Of a stretch of 64,000 bases of DNA, positions 49,826 to 61,337 are shown one piece after another. Made by a program: the position numbers and the translations under genes. The notes under the pieces are model-generated. The model ran no database searches. It had not been told where the DNA came from and worked only from the letters and a program-made list of their open reading frames with translations. Numbering within the stretch: the stretch's first letter is position 1; each line of letters begins with the position of its first letter. Source of the stretch: Escherichia coli (GTDB lineage: Bacteria; Pseudomonadota; Gammaproteobacteria; Enterobacterales; Enterobacteriaceae); the NCBI RefSeq assembly GCF_003334305.1, contig NZ_QOWS01000015.1; one strand, written 5' to 3'.

Positions 49826-50686
49826 TTACAGTCCCAGCAGGCCGCAAGCGTAACCAGCGATACCGATGACGAAGAAGCCAACGATGATCCACAGCGGGTT
49901 AACTTTTTTGCGCAGTAGCCACATACAAGCAAAGGTCAGCAGCAGTGGTACCAGGCCTGGCATTAACTGGTCCAGAATAGTCTGGACAGTAGTAACGTGT
50001 TCTTTGCCCGTCTGGTCAGTAATGCGAGAGACAACCAGCGGGATGTTGACATGTGTCCACTTGTTAACCAATGCCCCCATGACAAACAGGCCGAGGATAG
50101 ACGCCCCTTCCGTCAGTTTTTGCAGGAAGCCACCACCCATATCTTTAACGATATCGATACCTTTGGAGTAACCATACGCTACGCCGTAGTAACGGGTTGC
50201 CAGACGCACCAGGTTAAACAGGATGAAGAACAGCAGCGGACCTAACAGGCTGCCGCTCATCGCGATACCGGCACCCAGTGCTGCAAATACCGGACGTACG
50301 GTTCCCCAGAAGATCGGGTCGCCTACACCAGCCAGCGGCCCCATCAAACCGACTTTGATACCGTTGATAGCACCGTCGTCGATCTCTGCGCCATTAGCAC
50401 GCTGTTCTTCCAGCGCCAGGGTTACGCCGAGAATCGGCGCAGCCACGAACGGCTGGGTGTTAAAGAACTCCAGGTGACGGCGAATAGCTTGTTTACGAGC
50501 TTCGTTGTTCTCAGGGTAGAGGCGACGAATTGCCGGTACCATAGAGAAGCAGAAACCCAGTGCCTGCATACGTTCGAAGTTCCATGAACCCTGGAAGAGG
50601 TTAGAACGCAGGAATACGCCACGAATATCACTTTGAGTGAGTTTTTTCTCGGTGGTAGTTTGAGTTGTATCAACCATTTCGCTCAC
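49826..50686 (-). CDS. manZ: mannose PTS EIID component
   Basis: 286-aa ORF (true start may be slightly internal); 3 nt after manY. Confidence 0.93.
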   Translation of the reverse strand: MSEMVDTTQTTTEKKLTQSDIRGVFLRSNLFQGSWNFERMQALGFCFSMVPAIRRLYPENNEARKQAIRRHLEFFNTQPFVAAPILGVTLALEEQRANGAEIDDGAINGIKVGLMGPLAGVGDPIFWGTVRPVFAALGAGIAMSGSLLGPLLFFILFNLVRLATRYYGVAYGYSKGIDIVKDMGGGFLQKLTEGASILGLFVMGALVNKWTHVNIPLVVSRITDQTGKEHVTTVQTILDQLMPGLVPLLLTFACMWLLRKKVNPLWIIVGFFVIGIAGYACGLLGL

Positions 50687-50689
50687 CTG

Positions 50690-51490
50690 TTAGTCCAGTT
50701 CGTTATCGAGATCGTTGTTACCAGCTGCCTGAGCAGGCGCACCGGCTACGCGGTTGTATTTCGGGCTAAGTTGGATGTAGAGCACTGCCATAACAGTACC
50801 AATCACACCCAGAGCAACCAGGTTAAAGTTGGTGAATGCTGCGGTTACGAAGCCGAGGTAGAAGAACGGCATCAGGTAGCCAGCACGCATCATGTTGATA
50901 ACCATCGCATAACCAACCACCACGATCATGCCACCGGCGATATTCAGACCATTGGTCACCACTTCCGGAATCGCATTCAGCATGTTCTGTACTTCGCTGG
51001 TACCAACAGACAGCGCCACGATGACGGCAGGAATTGCCACACGCATTGCTTGCAGGAACAGAGAAGAAACGTGGATCCAGGAAATCGCTGTCAGGTTGCC
51101 GTTATCAGCAGCCTTATCCGCAGCGTGCTGGAAAGCAACGGTAATAGTACGAACGATGATGGTCAGTACCTGGCCCGCAGCGGCCAGAGGGATTGCCAGT
51201 GCGATACCTGCACCAATGCTCTGATGACCTGCGATAACCAGAATGGTAGAAATGATAGAAGCCAGAGCTGCGTCAGGCGCAACTGCAGCACCGATGTTCA
51301 TCCAGCCCAGCGCGATCATTTCCAGCGTACCACCGATAATAATACCGGTTTTCATATCCCCAAGAACGATACCCACCAGGGTACACGCGATTAGCGGACG
51401 GTGAAACTGAAATTCATCGAGGATTGATCCCATACCTGCGATACAGGCTACGATAAATACCAGCACAATTTGAAGAGTGGTAATCTCCAT
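50690..51490 (-). CDS. manY: mannose PTS EIIC component
   Basis: 266-aa polytopic ORF. Confidence 0.95.
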   Translation of the reverse strand: MEITTLQIVLVFIVACIAGMGSILDEFQFHRPLIACTLVGIVLGDMKTGIIIGGTLEMIALGWMNIGAAVAPDAALASIISTILVIAGHQSIGAGIALAIPLAAAGQVLTIIVRTITVAFQHAADKAADNGNLTAISWIHVSSLFLQAMRVAIPAVIVALSVGTSEVQNMLNAIPEVVTNGLNIAGGMIVVVGYAMVINMMRAGYLMPFFYLGFVTAAFTNFNLVALGVIGTVMAVLYIQLSPKYNRVAGAPAQAAGNNDLDNELD

Positions 51491-51552
51491 TGTACTTCTC
51501 CTGTTTACGTAAGACTTAAGTGTGAAAACTGAGTGATAATCAACACAATACG

Positions 51553-52524
51553 TTACTTATCGATTTTGCTGATCAGATCCATCATTTTCAGTTTCGGATC
51601 GGTGGAAACCTTACGGACTTCCAGCTCAATACCGCGCGCATTCAGTTTCTTGAACGCCTCGATATCTTTTTCATCAACCGAAACCGCGTTATTCACCTGG
51701 GTTTTACCCTGACGGAATGCCATACCACCGACGTTAACAGAGGTGATTTTCACGCCGCCTTCAACGAGACGCTCTACATCTGTTGGGTTGGTAAATAACA
51801 GCATTACGCGTTCGCCAGCATATTTCGGGTTGTTGTAGACGCGAATCATTTTGGCAACATCAACTACGTGTGCTGTTACGCCCGGAGGTGCAACCTGGGT
51901 GAGCAGTGTCTTACGAACGGTATCCGCAGCCACTTCATCACTAACAACAATAATACGGGAGACATTGGTTTCTTTGGTCCAGCGGGTGGCGACCTGACCG
52001 TGAATCAGACGGTCGTCGATACGCGCAAGGCCAATAACCATGTAGTCGTTTGGCCCCATTGGTTTTGCCGGAGTTGGAGCCGCTTTTGGTGCTGCGGCAG
52101 CGGGTGCTGGCGCGACTTTTTCAACCGGTTTGGCTTTCAGTGCTTTCACGCCTTCACGGCCTGTTTCTACTGCCAGCGCAACCAGTTCATCAAAGCTTGG
52201 GTCATCATCACGAGCCATTAACGTTTCCACGAGCATTGGAATGTTAACGCCTGCAATGACTTCATAATGCTCTTTGTCGACGACAATGCGGCTGGCAGCA
52301 TTGAACGGGCTGCCTCCCCATGTATCAACGAGAAACAGCACGCCTTTAGTGGTGTCGAGTTTTGCCAACTGAGCGTTGTACTTTTCAATCAGCGTTTCGG
52401 CATTTTCACCTGGAACGAAATCGATCCAGCCGACGTTTTCCTGCTCGCCTAACAGCATTTCTGCCGTTTTAAGCAACTGCTCTGCAGCCCAACCATGTGT
52501 GCCTATAACAATAGCAATGGTCAC
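51553..52524 (-). CDS. manX: mannose PTS EIIAB component
   Basis: 323 aa; IIA domain (MTIAIVIGTHGWAAEQLL), Ala/Pro-rich linker, IIB domain. Confidence 0.95.
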   Translation of the reverse strand: MTIAIVIGTHGWAAEQLLKTAEMLLGEQENVGWIDFVPGENAETLIEKYNAQLAKLDTTKGVLFLVDTWGGSPFNAASRIVVDKEHYEVIAGVNIPMLVETLMARDDDPSFDELVALAVETGREGVKALKAKPVEKVAPAPAAAAPKAAPTPAKPMGPNDYMVIGLARIDDRLIHGQVATRWTKETNVSRIIVVSDEVAADTVRKTLLTQVAPPGVTAHVVDVAKMIRVYNNPKYAGERVMLLFTNPTDVERLVEGGVKITSVNVGGMAFRQGKTQVNNAVSVDEKDIEAFKKLNARGIELEVRKVSTDPKLKMMDLISKIDK

Positions 52525-52986
52525 TTGCTACCTCCTTTATTATCGTTAACACCTCAACGTGCCAGATGTATTTTTGAATCGTCGTCCACAATCGAATCGA
52601 TTCAGATAAGGGCTACAACCAAAAACCCCTGCGTTTCGCGATTTATTTTAGATATCGAAAAAATTATTTTATGTGATGAAGATCCGTAATTTAACTTTCG
52701 ATTAGCAGAAATTTCGAAAGGTAAAATATCCTTGTCACATTCGTTTGCAAAGGAAGGTAAATCTTTGCCAAATCAGAGGCGTCTCTGATATGTTTAACTC
52801 CCGTTTAACAACCATGGAGTATAGGGCAGTAGCCCGCAGTATGGATCGTCACCGACGTCATTTCAGCATCAGGCCTTTTAACGCCTACCTTTCTGGCTCT
52901 CTATGCCGCACCTTTCGTTTGCATTTTGTCGTTACGCCTGCATTATTTCTGGCGTCGAATAGCTATTCCTTAAGCAGGAGCTTGTC

Positions 52987-54543
52987 ATGGAATTCTTAAT
53001 GGACCCCTCAATTTGGGCGGGGCTACTCACGCTTGTTGTTCTCGAAATTGTGCTGGGTATCGATAACCTGGTCTTCATCGCCATTCTTGCTGACAAACTG
53101 CCGCCAAAACAACGCGATAAAGCGCGTTTGCTGGGGTTATCACTGGCGCTGATTATGCGTCTGGGGCTGCTGTCGCTGATTTCATGGATGGTCACGCTGA
53201 CCAAACCGCTATTTACCGTCATGGATTTCTCCTTCTCCGGACGCGACCTGATTATGTTGTTCGGGGGGATATTCTTGCTGTTCAAAGCAACAACCGAACT
53301 GCATGAACGGCTGGAAAACCGCGATCATGATTCCGGCCACGGTAAAGGCTACGCCAGTTTCTGGGTGGTCGTCACACAGATTGTCATCCTTGACGCCGTC
53401 TTCTCGTTGGATGCGGTAATTACTGCAGTAGGGATGGTTAACCATCTGCCGGTGATGATGGCGGCGGTAGTGATTGCGATGGCGGTTATGTTGCTGGCAT
53501 CCAAACCGCTGACGCGATTCGTTAACCAGCACCCCACGGTGGTGGTGCTCTGTCTGAGCTTCCTGTTAATGATTGGTCTGAGTCTGGTGGCAGAAGGTTT
53601 CGGTTTCCACATTCCGAAAGGTTACCTGTATGCCGCGATTGGCTTCTCGATCATCATCGAAGTGTTTAACCAGATTGCGCGTCGCAACTTTATTCGTCAC
53701 CAGTCGACTTTGCCGCTGCGAGCGCGTACTGCCGATGCCATCCTGCGTTTGATGGGCGGGAAACGTCAGGCCAATGTTCAGCACGATGCCGATAACCCGA
53801 TGCCGATGCCGATCCCGGAAGGTGCATTTGCCGAAGAAGAACGTTACATGATTAACGGCGTACTGACGCTGGCGTCGCGTTCTCTGCGCGGGATCATGAC
53901 GCCGCGCGGTGAAATAAGCTGGGTTGACGCTAATCTCGGGGTCGATGAAATCCGCGAGCAACTGCTCTCCTCACCGCACAGCCTGTTCCCGGTATGTCGC
54001 GGTGAACTGGATGAAATCATCGGAATCGTACGTGCTAAAGAACTGCTGGTGGCGCTGGAAGAGGGCGTTGATGTGGCGGCGATTGCTTCGGCGTCTCCGG
54101 CGATTATCGTCCCGGAAACCCTCGATCCGATCAACCTGCTGGGCGTGCTGCGTCGCGCTCGCGGGAGCTTTGTTATCGTGACCAACGAGTTTGGTGTGGT
54201 ACAAGGCTTGGTCACGCCGCTGGATGTGCTGGAAGCCATTGCGGGTGAATTCCCGGACGCTGACGAAACGCCGGAAATCATTACCGATGGTGACGGCTGG
54301 CTGGTAAAAGGCGGTACAGATTTGCATGCCTTGCAGCAGGCGCTTGATGTTGAGCACCTTGCCGATGACGATGATATCGCGACGGTCGCGGGCCTGGTGA
54401 TCTCGGCAAATGGTCACATTCCCCGTGTGGGCGATGTGATTGATGTAGGGCCACTGCATATCACCATCATTGAAGCCAATGATTATCGTGTTGATCTGGT
54501 TCGCATTGTTAAAGAGCAACCGGCGCACGATGAAGATGAGTAA
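52987..54543 (+). CDS. yoaE: TerC-family membrane domain fused to CBS-pair and CorC/HlyC domains
   Basis: 518-aa ORF; N-terminal TM region, C-terminal CBS/CorC segment. Confidence 0.9.
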   Translation: MEFLMDPSIWAGLLTLVVLEIVLGIDNLVFIAILADKLPPKQRDKARLLGLSLALIMRLGLLSLISWMVTLTKPLFTVMDFSFSGRDLIMLFGGIFLLFKATTELHERLENRDHDSGHGKGYASFWVVVTQIVILDAVFSLDAVITAVGMVNHLPVMMAAVVIAMAVMLLASKPLTRFVNQHPTVVVLCLSFLLMIGLSLVAEGFGFHIPKGYLYAAIGFSIIIEVFNQIARRNFIRHQSTLPLRARTADAILRLMGGKRQANVQHDADNPMPMPIPEGAFAEEERYMINGVLTLASRSLRGIMTPRGEISWVDANLGVDEIREQLLSSPHSLFPVCRGELDEIIGIVRAKELLVALEEGVDVAAIASASPAIIVPETLDPINLLGVLRRARGSFVIVTNEFGVVQGLVTPLDVLEAIAGEFPDADETPEIITDGDGWLVKGGTDLHALQQALDVEHLADDDDIATVAGLVISANGHIPRVGDVIDVGPLHITIIEANDYRVDLVRIVKEQPAHDEDE

Positions 54544-54546
54544 GCG

Positions 54547-56145
54547 TTAACGTAACGGCATAATGGGCGTGATATGTCCATTATGCCGGGCGGGCGGCGG
54601 TTGGCTGCCCGCCAGCCATTTGGGAAAATCACGTAGCGGCATCGGCTGTGCGTACAAATACCCTTGCAAAATATGCACGCCATGACGGCGCAAATACTTC
54701 GCCTGTTCTTGCGTTTCCACGCCCTCCGCCACCAGTTCAATATTCAGTCTTTGCCCCAGCGCGATGATGATATCGGTCACCGTCGAGTTAACCGCGTCAG
54801 AACCTATAGCTGCGGTAAATGACTTATCAATTTTCAGCACGTCAGGACGTAATGTTTCAAGCCAGGAAAATGAACTGTTGCCGGTGCCGAAGTCATCAAT
54901 CGCCAGTTTGACGTTTTTACGATGTAGCTCGCGGGCAATCCGATAATCAACATCCAGTAAGGCATCGCGTTCGGTGATTTCGAGGATCAGTTGCTGAATC
55001 GGGTGAGCGCTAAACCAGTACTGATTGAGATCTTTTATCAGCACACCACGGCGAAAATGGCTGGGTGCGACGTTAATGCCAACATGAAACTGACTACTCA
55101 TCGGGAAAACATGGCGCTGACGAATGGTTTCTGCCATCACATAGCGGGTCAGTGGCACAATTAAATGATGTTCTTCCGCGATAGGAATAAACACATCCGG
55201 TGAAATCCAGCCCTGACGCGGATTATTCCAGCGCAGCAAAATCTCTACACCAATACATTGCTGGCTGCGCGCATTAAGCAAAGGCTGACAGAACAATTCG
55301 AACTCATGTTGCGCCAGGCCCAGATTGATTTCGCGGGAAAAGCTCATCCGGTAAGCGGTCGCCAGCCAGGCAATGTAGCCCACCAGTAAACTTAGCAGCA
55401 CCGCCAGCGGTAATTGTGTTGGAAGATAGTGCCATGCCAGCGCCGTAGCCCCCGGACCATTAACGTTAATGGTAAAAGGAAAGCGTTGCGAAGAAACCTG
55501 ATAGTTTTCATTGTCTTCAGGTTGCGGAAGGGAATCTACCAGCCCATTACCATAGAGCAAATGCCGTTTGTCCACCGTCAGGCTGGCGCTACTGATTTGC
55601 GGCAGTTGTGGCTCAAGGAGCATTGCCGTCAGTAAGTCGATGTTAATCATCTCCATGACCCCAGCATTGCTACTGCCCGCTGCAGGCGTCCATTGAATCA
55701 AAACCGGACTGCCTTTAATCAGGGCACGGTCGATCGTCAGGCGTAAAAGTGGTTGCGGTGCAGGAAGTTCAGCCAGAATGTCCACGACGGGCACATTGCG
55801 ATAACCAAAAATGCTGGAGCAATAGAGTGTGCCGTCTTGCACCAGGCCAATGGATCGCACAGTTTGGAGTTTTGCCGCCTGTTTACGTAATGGCAAATGG
55901 GCGACAGAGCAGGGCAGACCAATCAGCGGAAGCAAGACTTCGCTACCTGCCTGTAGGGGAAGCAGTACTTTATCTAATTCCTCTACAGCGTGATTGGCGA
56001 ATTGTACTACCCGTTGTTGATTTAAGTTACGCTGTGAAATAAATCGCACGCTCAGGGTCGAAGCGAGCGTAACGAGTGCGCAAATCGTACAAACAATCAT
56101 TCGATTACGGCGATAGGTTTTAATGATCCGTTGTGCTTTTTGCAT
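54547..56145 (-). CDS. pdeD: c-di-GMP phosphodiesterase (CSS sensor domain + EAL)
   Basis: 532-aa product from ATG (cat 56143-56145; MQKAQRIIKTYRR); EAL-type motif in LILEITERDALLD. Confidence 0.85.
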   Translation of the reverse strand: MQKAQRIIKTYRRNRMIVCTICALVTLASTLSVRFISQRNLNQQRVVQFANHAVEELDKVLLPLQAGSEVLLPLIGLPCSVAHLPLRKQAAKLQTVRSIGLVQDGTLYCSSIFGYRNVPVVDILAELPAPQPLLRLTIDRALIKGSPVLIQWTPAAGSSNAGVMEMINIDLLTAMLLEPQLPQISSASLTVDKRHLLYGNGLVDSLPQPEDNENYQVSSQRFPFTINVNGPGATALAWHYLPTQLPLAVLLSLLVGYIAWLATAYRMSFSREINLGLAQHEFELFCQPLLNARSQQCIGVEILLRWNNPRQGWISPDVFIPIAEEHHLIVPLTRYVMAETIRQRHVFPMSSQFHVGINVAPSHFRRGVLIKDLNQYWFSAHPIQQLILEITERDALLDVDYRIARELHRKNVKLAIDDFGTGNSSFSWLETLRPDVLKIDKSFTAAIGSDAVNSTVTDIIIALGQRLNIELVAEGVETQEQAKYLRRHGVHILQGYLYAQPMPLRDFPKWLAGSQPPPARHNGHITPIMPLR

Positions 56146-56275
56146 GCGGGCCACCCTGTAAGCGTATGGCGACAAACGCCTGACGCAACAGTGGAAGTGT
56201 AGTGGGGAATATTACAGCAGACGAGAAAGCGGGTATAAATTCGCCCATCCGTTGCAGATGGGCGAGTAAGAAGTA

Positions 56276-57640
56276 TTAGTCACACTGGACTTTGATTGCC
56301 AGACCACCGCGTGAGGTTTCGCGGTATTTGGCGTTCATGTCCTTACCGGTTTCGTACATCGTTTCGATGACCTTATCCAGCGAGACGCGCGGTGCACTGG
56401 TGCGGCGCAGAGCCATCCGTGCGGCGTTAATCGCCTTCACAGAGGCAATGGCATTACGCTCAATGCACGGCACCTGAACCTGCCCTGCAACCGGGTCGCA
56501 GGTTAAACCAAGGTTGTGTTCCATGCCAATTTCCGCCGCCACGCAAACCTGTTCCGGGCTACCGCCCAGCAGTTCTGCAAGACCCGCAGCAGCCATTGAA
56601 CAGGCAACACCCACTTCGCCCTGGCAACCAACTTCCGCACCGGAAATAGAGGCGTTCATTTTATACAATGCACCAATCGCGCCCGCTGCCATAAAGTAAC
56701 GGGTATAGATGTCCGGGCTGACCGATTCAATAAAGTGGTCATAGTAAGCCAGCACTGCCGGAACGATACCGCAGGCACCGTTGGTTGGCGCAGTTACCAC
56801 ACGACCACCGGCGGCGTTTTCTTCGTTAACTGCCAGCGCAAACATGTTTACCCAGTCAATGACATTCATCGGATCGTTAGACAGTTTATCGCTGGAAACT
56901 AACATCCGGCGCAGGGCAGACGCACGACGTGGCACGCGCAGCGGGCCTGGCAGTACACCTTCGGTGTTCATCCCGCGATCGATACATGCCTGCATGGTTT
57001 GCCAGACATGCGCGAAATACTCGTCGATCTCTTTCTTGCTGTGCAGCGCCAGTTCGTTCTGCATAGCGAGACCAGACAGCGAATAGCCGGTTTCATTACA
57101 GTACGCGAGCAGTTCGGTGGCAGATTTGAACGGATACGGCACGCTCACTTCGTTGGCAGCATCCTGACCAAAGTGTTCTTCATCGACGATAAAACCGCCG
57201 CCGATGGAATAATAAGTTTTGCTGTAGACGACTTCATCGCCGTTATAGGCGTGGATTTGCATACCGTTTTCATGCAGCGGCAGGTTGCCGTTATGAAAAC
57301 GCATCCCGTTGTCGCGCGGGAAATCCACTTCATGCCGTCCCTGTGCCAGCAGCAGACGTTCGCGCTCTTCTACGTCGCGAATAAAACCGGGAATACTGTC
57401 GATATCCACGGTGGCAGGTTCGTTACCTGCAAGACCCATAATAATGGCGATATCGGTGTGGTGGCCTTTACCCGTCAGCGACAGTGAACCATAAACGTCC
57501 ACGGCAACGCGAGTAACGCTATCCAGTAAGCCTTTTTCGACCAGATCATCGACGAACTGTTTACCCGCCTTCATAGGCCCTACGGTATGGGAAGATGAGG
57601 GACCAATCCCCACCTTAAACATGTCGAATAGACTAATCAC
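56276..57640 (-). CDS. sdaA: L-serine dehydratase 1
   Basis: 454-aa ORF; Fe-S L-serine dehydratase family. Confidence 0.95.
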   Translation of the reverse strand: MISLFDMFKVGIGPSSSHTVGPMKAGKQFVDDLVEKGLLDSVTRVAVDVYGSLSLTGKGHHTDIAIIMGLAGNEPATVDIDSIPGFIRDVEERERLLLAQGRHEVDFPRDNGMRFHNGNLPLHENGMQIHAYNGDEVVYSKTYYSIGGGFIVDEEHFGQDAANEVSVPYPFKSATELLAYCNETGYSLSGLAMQNELALHSKKEIDEYFAHVWQTMQACIDRGMNTEGVLPGPLRVPRRASALRRMLVSSDKLSNDPMNVIDWVNMFALAVNEENAAGGRVVTAPTNGACGIVPAVLAYYDHFIESVSPDIYTRYFMAAGAIGALYKMNASISGAEVGCQGEVGVACSMAAAGLAELLGGSPEQVCVAAEIGMEHNLGLTCDPVAGQVQVPCIERNAIASVKAINAARMALRRTSAPRVSLDKVIETMYETGKDMNAKYRETSRGGLAIKVQCD

Positions 57641-57823
57641 GATAATACTCCTGACAAGGTGACTGGACTTCCAGTAACGAACTAATAACAGCGCATAGTG
57701 TAAGAGGGAACGCGGCGACTGGCTTAACTATTCACATGAATTAAACTAATCAAAAACCGCGATTTAACTAATATTGCGATGATTGTCTCAAGTAGTGTTT
57801 TGTAGATGTAAAGATAAGTATAG

Positions 57824-58402
57824 TCAGGGTTTCACACCAATTTGCAGCGCCAGCTCACGAATTATGCCTGCGGTCATTCCCCATACAAAATACTGTTCGT
57901 ACCAGGACAGCCATACCCGATGTGAATCGCCACGGCGGTAGATATCTAAAGGGTGATAACGACCCAGATGTAATGCCTGGGCGAGCGGCATTTCAAACAC
58001 CGCCGAGACTTCATCTTCACTGGCGCGATACGGCAGATCGGGCGGGATAATGCCGACCACTGGGGTTACCTGATAGCCAGTTACGCTATCGACGGGCGGC
58101 AGCACGCCGATAACTTCAACGGCGGAAGGCGGTATAGCGACCTCTTCTTCAGCTTCGCGCAGCGCGGCGGCGATAACTGATGCGTCCGTGTCATCGACTG
58201 CACCTCCAGGGAATGCCACTTGTCCAGCGTGTTTACGCAGATGAATTGAACGCTGAGTCAGCAACAACCCCGGTTGCGGTCGACGGACGATGGGGATTAA
58301 CACGGCAGCCTGACGATGATTTAGGGTTTCCCGGTTAATTTGCGGGCGCAAAAGTTGAAAGCGAGATAAAAAATCATCAAGCGTCAGGCTACGGTATTCC
58401 AC
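57824..58402 (-). CDS. nudL: Nudix CoA pyrophosphatase
   Basis: 192 aa; Nudix box [25 protein letters not shown]; 3 nt after the pabB stop. Confidence 0.85.
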
Positions 58403-58405
58403 GTC

Positions 58406-59767
58406 TTACTTCTCCAGTTGGCGTAATATCTTATTAACTTTATCAAAAGTTTCCTGATATTCCGCTTCTTCCTGGCTATCGGCGACAATTCCACCGCCCG
58501 CAGAGCAGTATATTTGTCCGTTAATGGCAGTCAGCGTGCGGATAGTAATGCTGGTATCCATGTTGCCGCAAAAGCTCAAATAGCCAATGCTGCCGCACCA
58601 GGCATTACGTCGCTGCGGTTCCAGTTCGTCGATAATTTCCATAGCCCGTACTTTCGGAGCCCCGGTTATTGAGCCACCAGGAAAAGCTGCGCGCAGCAGA
58701 TCGCTGGCGTGTAACTGTTCTGGTAGTCGCGCCGTTATAGTGCTGACCAGATGATGCACGGCAGGGAAGGGTTCCACCACGAACAGCTCTGGTACTTTTA
58801 CCGAACCGGCTACGGCAACACGACCGATATCATTACGCATTAAATCGACAATCATCAGATTTTCGGCACGATCTTTCGCTGAGTTCGCCAGTTTTTCTGC
58901 TTGTTTGCTATCTTCCTGAGGATCGGGCAGGCGTGGTAGCGTGCCTTTAATCGGGCGGGTCTGGATTTCACTATTATCACAAAGAATAAACCGCTCTGGC
59001 GAAAGGCTTAAAATTGCACCCTGTTCAAGACGTAAAAAAGCGCTAAATGGCGCGCGGTTGGCCTGATTAAGCTGAAGGAATGCCTGCCATTCATCGCCAG
59101 AATAGGTCGCATGAAAACGCTGGGCGAGATTCACCTGATAGCAATCACCGCTGTGCAGATATTCCTGTACCTGGCGAAATTTTTCGCCGTACTGCTCGCG
59201 GGTCATATTGGATTGCCAGTCGGAAGTGAGCGTGAAATCTTCCTGCGGCGAGAATTGCTGGCTTTCCAGCCAGGCCCGACGGGCATTGACATCATTATGA
59301 CTCAGCAAAGAAACTGTATGACGCTGGTGGTCGACAATGAGCGCCCAATCGTAGATACCCACTGCCATATCCGGCAGAACGATATCTTGTTCCGCAATTT
59401 CTGGCAGTGACTCAAAACGGCGGCCCAGATCGTAGCCAAACAACCCCAGTGCGCCGCCCTGAAATGGCAAATCTTCGTTATGCGTTGGGCGAATGTCTGC
59501 GCGATCCAGCACCTGCTGGAGCACCTGTAGCGGGTCATCAGTGGTCGTTGTGCGTTTTTCGCTTTCACTAACAACGGTTTCTTTACCGAAAGTGGTTAAA
59601 GTGCAAATCGGATCGGCGACCACAATATCAAAGCGGCTATACGGATGATCGGCATAGCCGGAGTGTAAAAGCATCGCCCACGGCAGGTGGCTTAAGCGGG
59701 AGAAATAAAATTCAGCGGCGTCCTGACGCCAGGGTAAAGTAATCACAGCGGGAGATAACGTCTTCAT
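58406..59767 (-). CDS. pabB: aminodeoxychorismate synthase component I
   Basis: 453-aa ORF; chorismate-binding enzyme family. Confidence 0.95.
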   Translation of the reverse strand: MKTLSPAVITLPWRQDAAEFYFSRLSHLPWAMLLHSGYADHPYSRFDIVVADPICTLTTFGKETVVSESEKRTTTTDDPLQVLQQVLDRADIRPTHNEDLPFQGGALGLFGYDLGRRFESLPEIAEQDIVLPDMAVGIYDWALIVDHQRHTVSLLSHNDVNARRAWLESQQFSPQEDFTLTSDWQSNMTREQYGEKFRQVQEYLHSGDCYQVNLAQRFHATYSGDEWQAFLQLNQANRAPFSAFLRLEQGAILSLSPERFILCDNSEIQTRPIKGTLPRLPDPQEDSKQAEKLANSAKDRAENLMIVDLMRNDIGRVAVAGSVKVPELFVVEPFPAVHHLVSTITARLPEQLHASDLLRAAFPGGSITGAPKVRAMEIIDELEPQRRNAWCGSIGYLSFCGNMDTSITIRTLTAINGQIYCSAGGGIVADSQEEAEYQETFDKVNKILRQLEK

Positions 59768-59840
59768 CAGTCCTGACTCTACTGGCTATGTGCCGGGTAG
59801 CATGAAATAATTAGCGCCAACAATTTAGCAGGAGTTAACA

Positions 59841-60020
59841 ATGTTTGCAGGTTTACCTTCACTCACCCATGAACAGCAGCAAAAAGCTGTCGAGCGGATC
59901 CAGGAACTGATGGCACAAGGGATGAGCAGCGGCCAGGCAATCGCGCTGGTGGCAGAAGAGCTGCGTGCCAACCACTCCGGCGAGCGAATCGTGGCGCGTT
60001 TTGAGGATGAAGACGAGTAA
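59841..60020 (+). CDS. yoaH: UPF0181 small protein YoaH
   Basis: Read from sequence: ATG 59841, [62 protein letters not shown] 60018-60020; GGAG 8 nt upstream. Confidence 0.8.
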
Positions 60021-60075
60021 CACACTAATCCGTATCGATTTCGTTATAGAATCCGATGATTATTTGATTGTGAGA

Positions 60076-60111
60076 AAAAGGACGCTTTTTATATGTGATT
60101 AAAAGCGTCCT
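60076..60111 (-). terminator. hairpin between convergent yoaH and yoaC (T-run on minus; yoaC terminator)
   Basis: AGGACGCTTTT-tatatgtgatt-AAAAGCGTCCT; A-run on the plus side. Confidence 0.5.
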
Positions 60112-60139
60112 GACCCATTTATGCTGATATAAATTAAGC

Positions 60140-60439
60140 TCAGACCAGTGCTTTTAGTTCTTCCTGCATATATGTTGAAAAGTATTCAGGATTTTTAATT
60201 ACAGTGCGTTCACCAGACTCCATTTTTTTTGCCCATCCAACCATTTTTTCCGTGAACCCAGGGTTCCAGCCTTCCTGGTCAGCTCGCGCCGTAATATCAG
60301 CGGCACTCGCGGGTACTCCCAGTTCTTTTAAATATTTAAAGATTCCCTTCGCTGTGCTTTCATTCATCGAACTTGGTGTTGGCGCTGATACATCCATGGC
60401 ACCAATGAAATCCAGGGCTTTATCTATTACAGCAGGCAT
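60140..60439 (-). CDS. yoaC: DUF1889-family protein YoaC
   Basis: 99-aa product from ATG (cat 60437-60439) preceded by AAGGA; the longer 119-aa frame starts at 60499. Confidence 0.65.
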   Translation of the reverse strand: MPAVIDKALDFIGAMDVSAPTPSSMNESTAKGIFKYLKELGVPASAADITARADQEGWNPGFTEKMVGWAKKMESGERTVIKNPEYFSTYMQEELKALV

Positions 60440-60861
60440 ATTCTTATCCTTAAAATTAACCATGTTATCGATAAGACTATATATGACCTTAATTTGCATC
60501 TAATATCAAAGGGATTATAACGATATGGCACGAGTTAACCTGTTGACATTCAGGTGTTTTAAAGGTAGCAGCTCATGGTGTGTTATCCAGTAAGATGGAG
60601 AAATTTAACGGTCAGTCCTCACGCTATAACCAGATTATTCAGCTAAGAAAGAAAACCAGAGTTGCTAGTCAGAGGGCGAACACAACGGCATGGTTATGGT
60701 TATTTATATAGTTAGTTTTATAGATAAAATTGAAATTATAAAAATAAATAATGAATTAGCAGGAGCATCAACAGGTAATATCTTAATCTCTGGTCGATTT
60801 ATGTAAAACCGACCAGTATTATCGATAAATTATCGTCTGACTTATTTTGCTTCGATAAAGC

Positions 60862-61206
60862 TTACACCGCAGCCACAATCTTAATTTCAACTTTATACTT
60901 CGGGTTCATCAAACCCGCTTGTACCGTGCAGCGCACCGGCGCATGACCCGCGACAACCCAGGCATCCCACGCTTTATTCATCGCCGCGAAGTCGTTTTTA
61001 TCGGCCAGGAAAATGGTGGCATCCAGAATGCTCGATTTATTGCTGCCCTGTTTTTCCAGCACGGCATCAATCTGCGCCAGCGTGTTGGCGGTTTGCTCAA
61101 AGGCATCGGCGTCGAGGTTTTCCGGTACACCAGTGTAGTAGAGCGTGTTGTTGTGGATTACCACATCAGACCAGCGGGCTTCAGCATCGATACGAACGAT
61201 AGTCAT
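60862..61206 (-). CDS. yoaB: RidA/YjgF-family protein
   Basis: 114-aa product from ATG (cat 61204-61206; MTIVRIDAEARW); the track ORF is 5'-extended. Confidence 0.85.
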   Translation of the reverse strand: MTIVRIDAEARWSDVVIHNNTLYYTGVPENLDADAFEQTANTLAQIDAVLEKQGSNKSSILDATIFLADKNDFAAMNKAWDAWVVAGHAPVRCTVQAGLMNPKYKVEIKIVAAV

Positions 61207-61313
61207 CATTTTGTCCTCATTATCCTTCCATTTTCGTGCTGCAAAGACTGCCACAATGTGAGGTCGCCGTCACCACTTCAACTGGCGAAAGCGCCCTCAT
61301 CCTGACATAATCC

Positions 61314-61329
61314 CTGTTCAAATCAACAG
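61314..61329 (+). promoter_or_regulatory. LexA-type operator immediately upstream of yoaA
   Basis: CTGTTCAAATCAACAG = CTGT-N8-ACAG, ending 9 nt before the yoaA GTG at 61338. Confidence 0.55.
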
Positions 61330-61337
61330 GGGGTAGT

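Noticed and set aside
53795-53820. Short tandem repeat CCGATGCCGATGCCGATCCC inside yoaE
   Set aside because: Simple in-frame codon repetition (Asp-Ala-Asp-Asn-Pro-Met-Pro-Met-Pro) within a coding region; too short and spacer-free to be a CRISPR array or mobile-element terminus.
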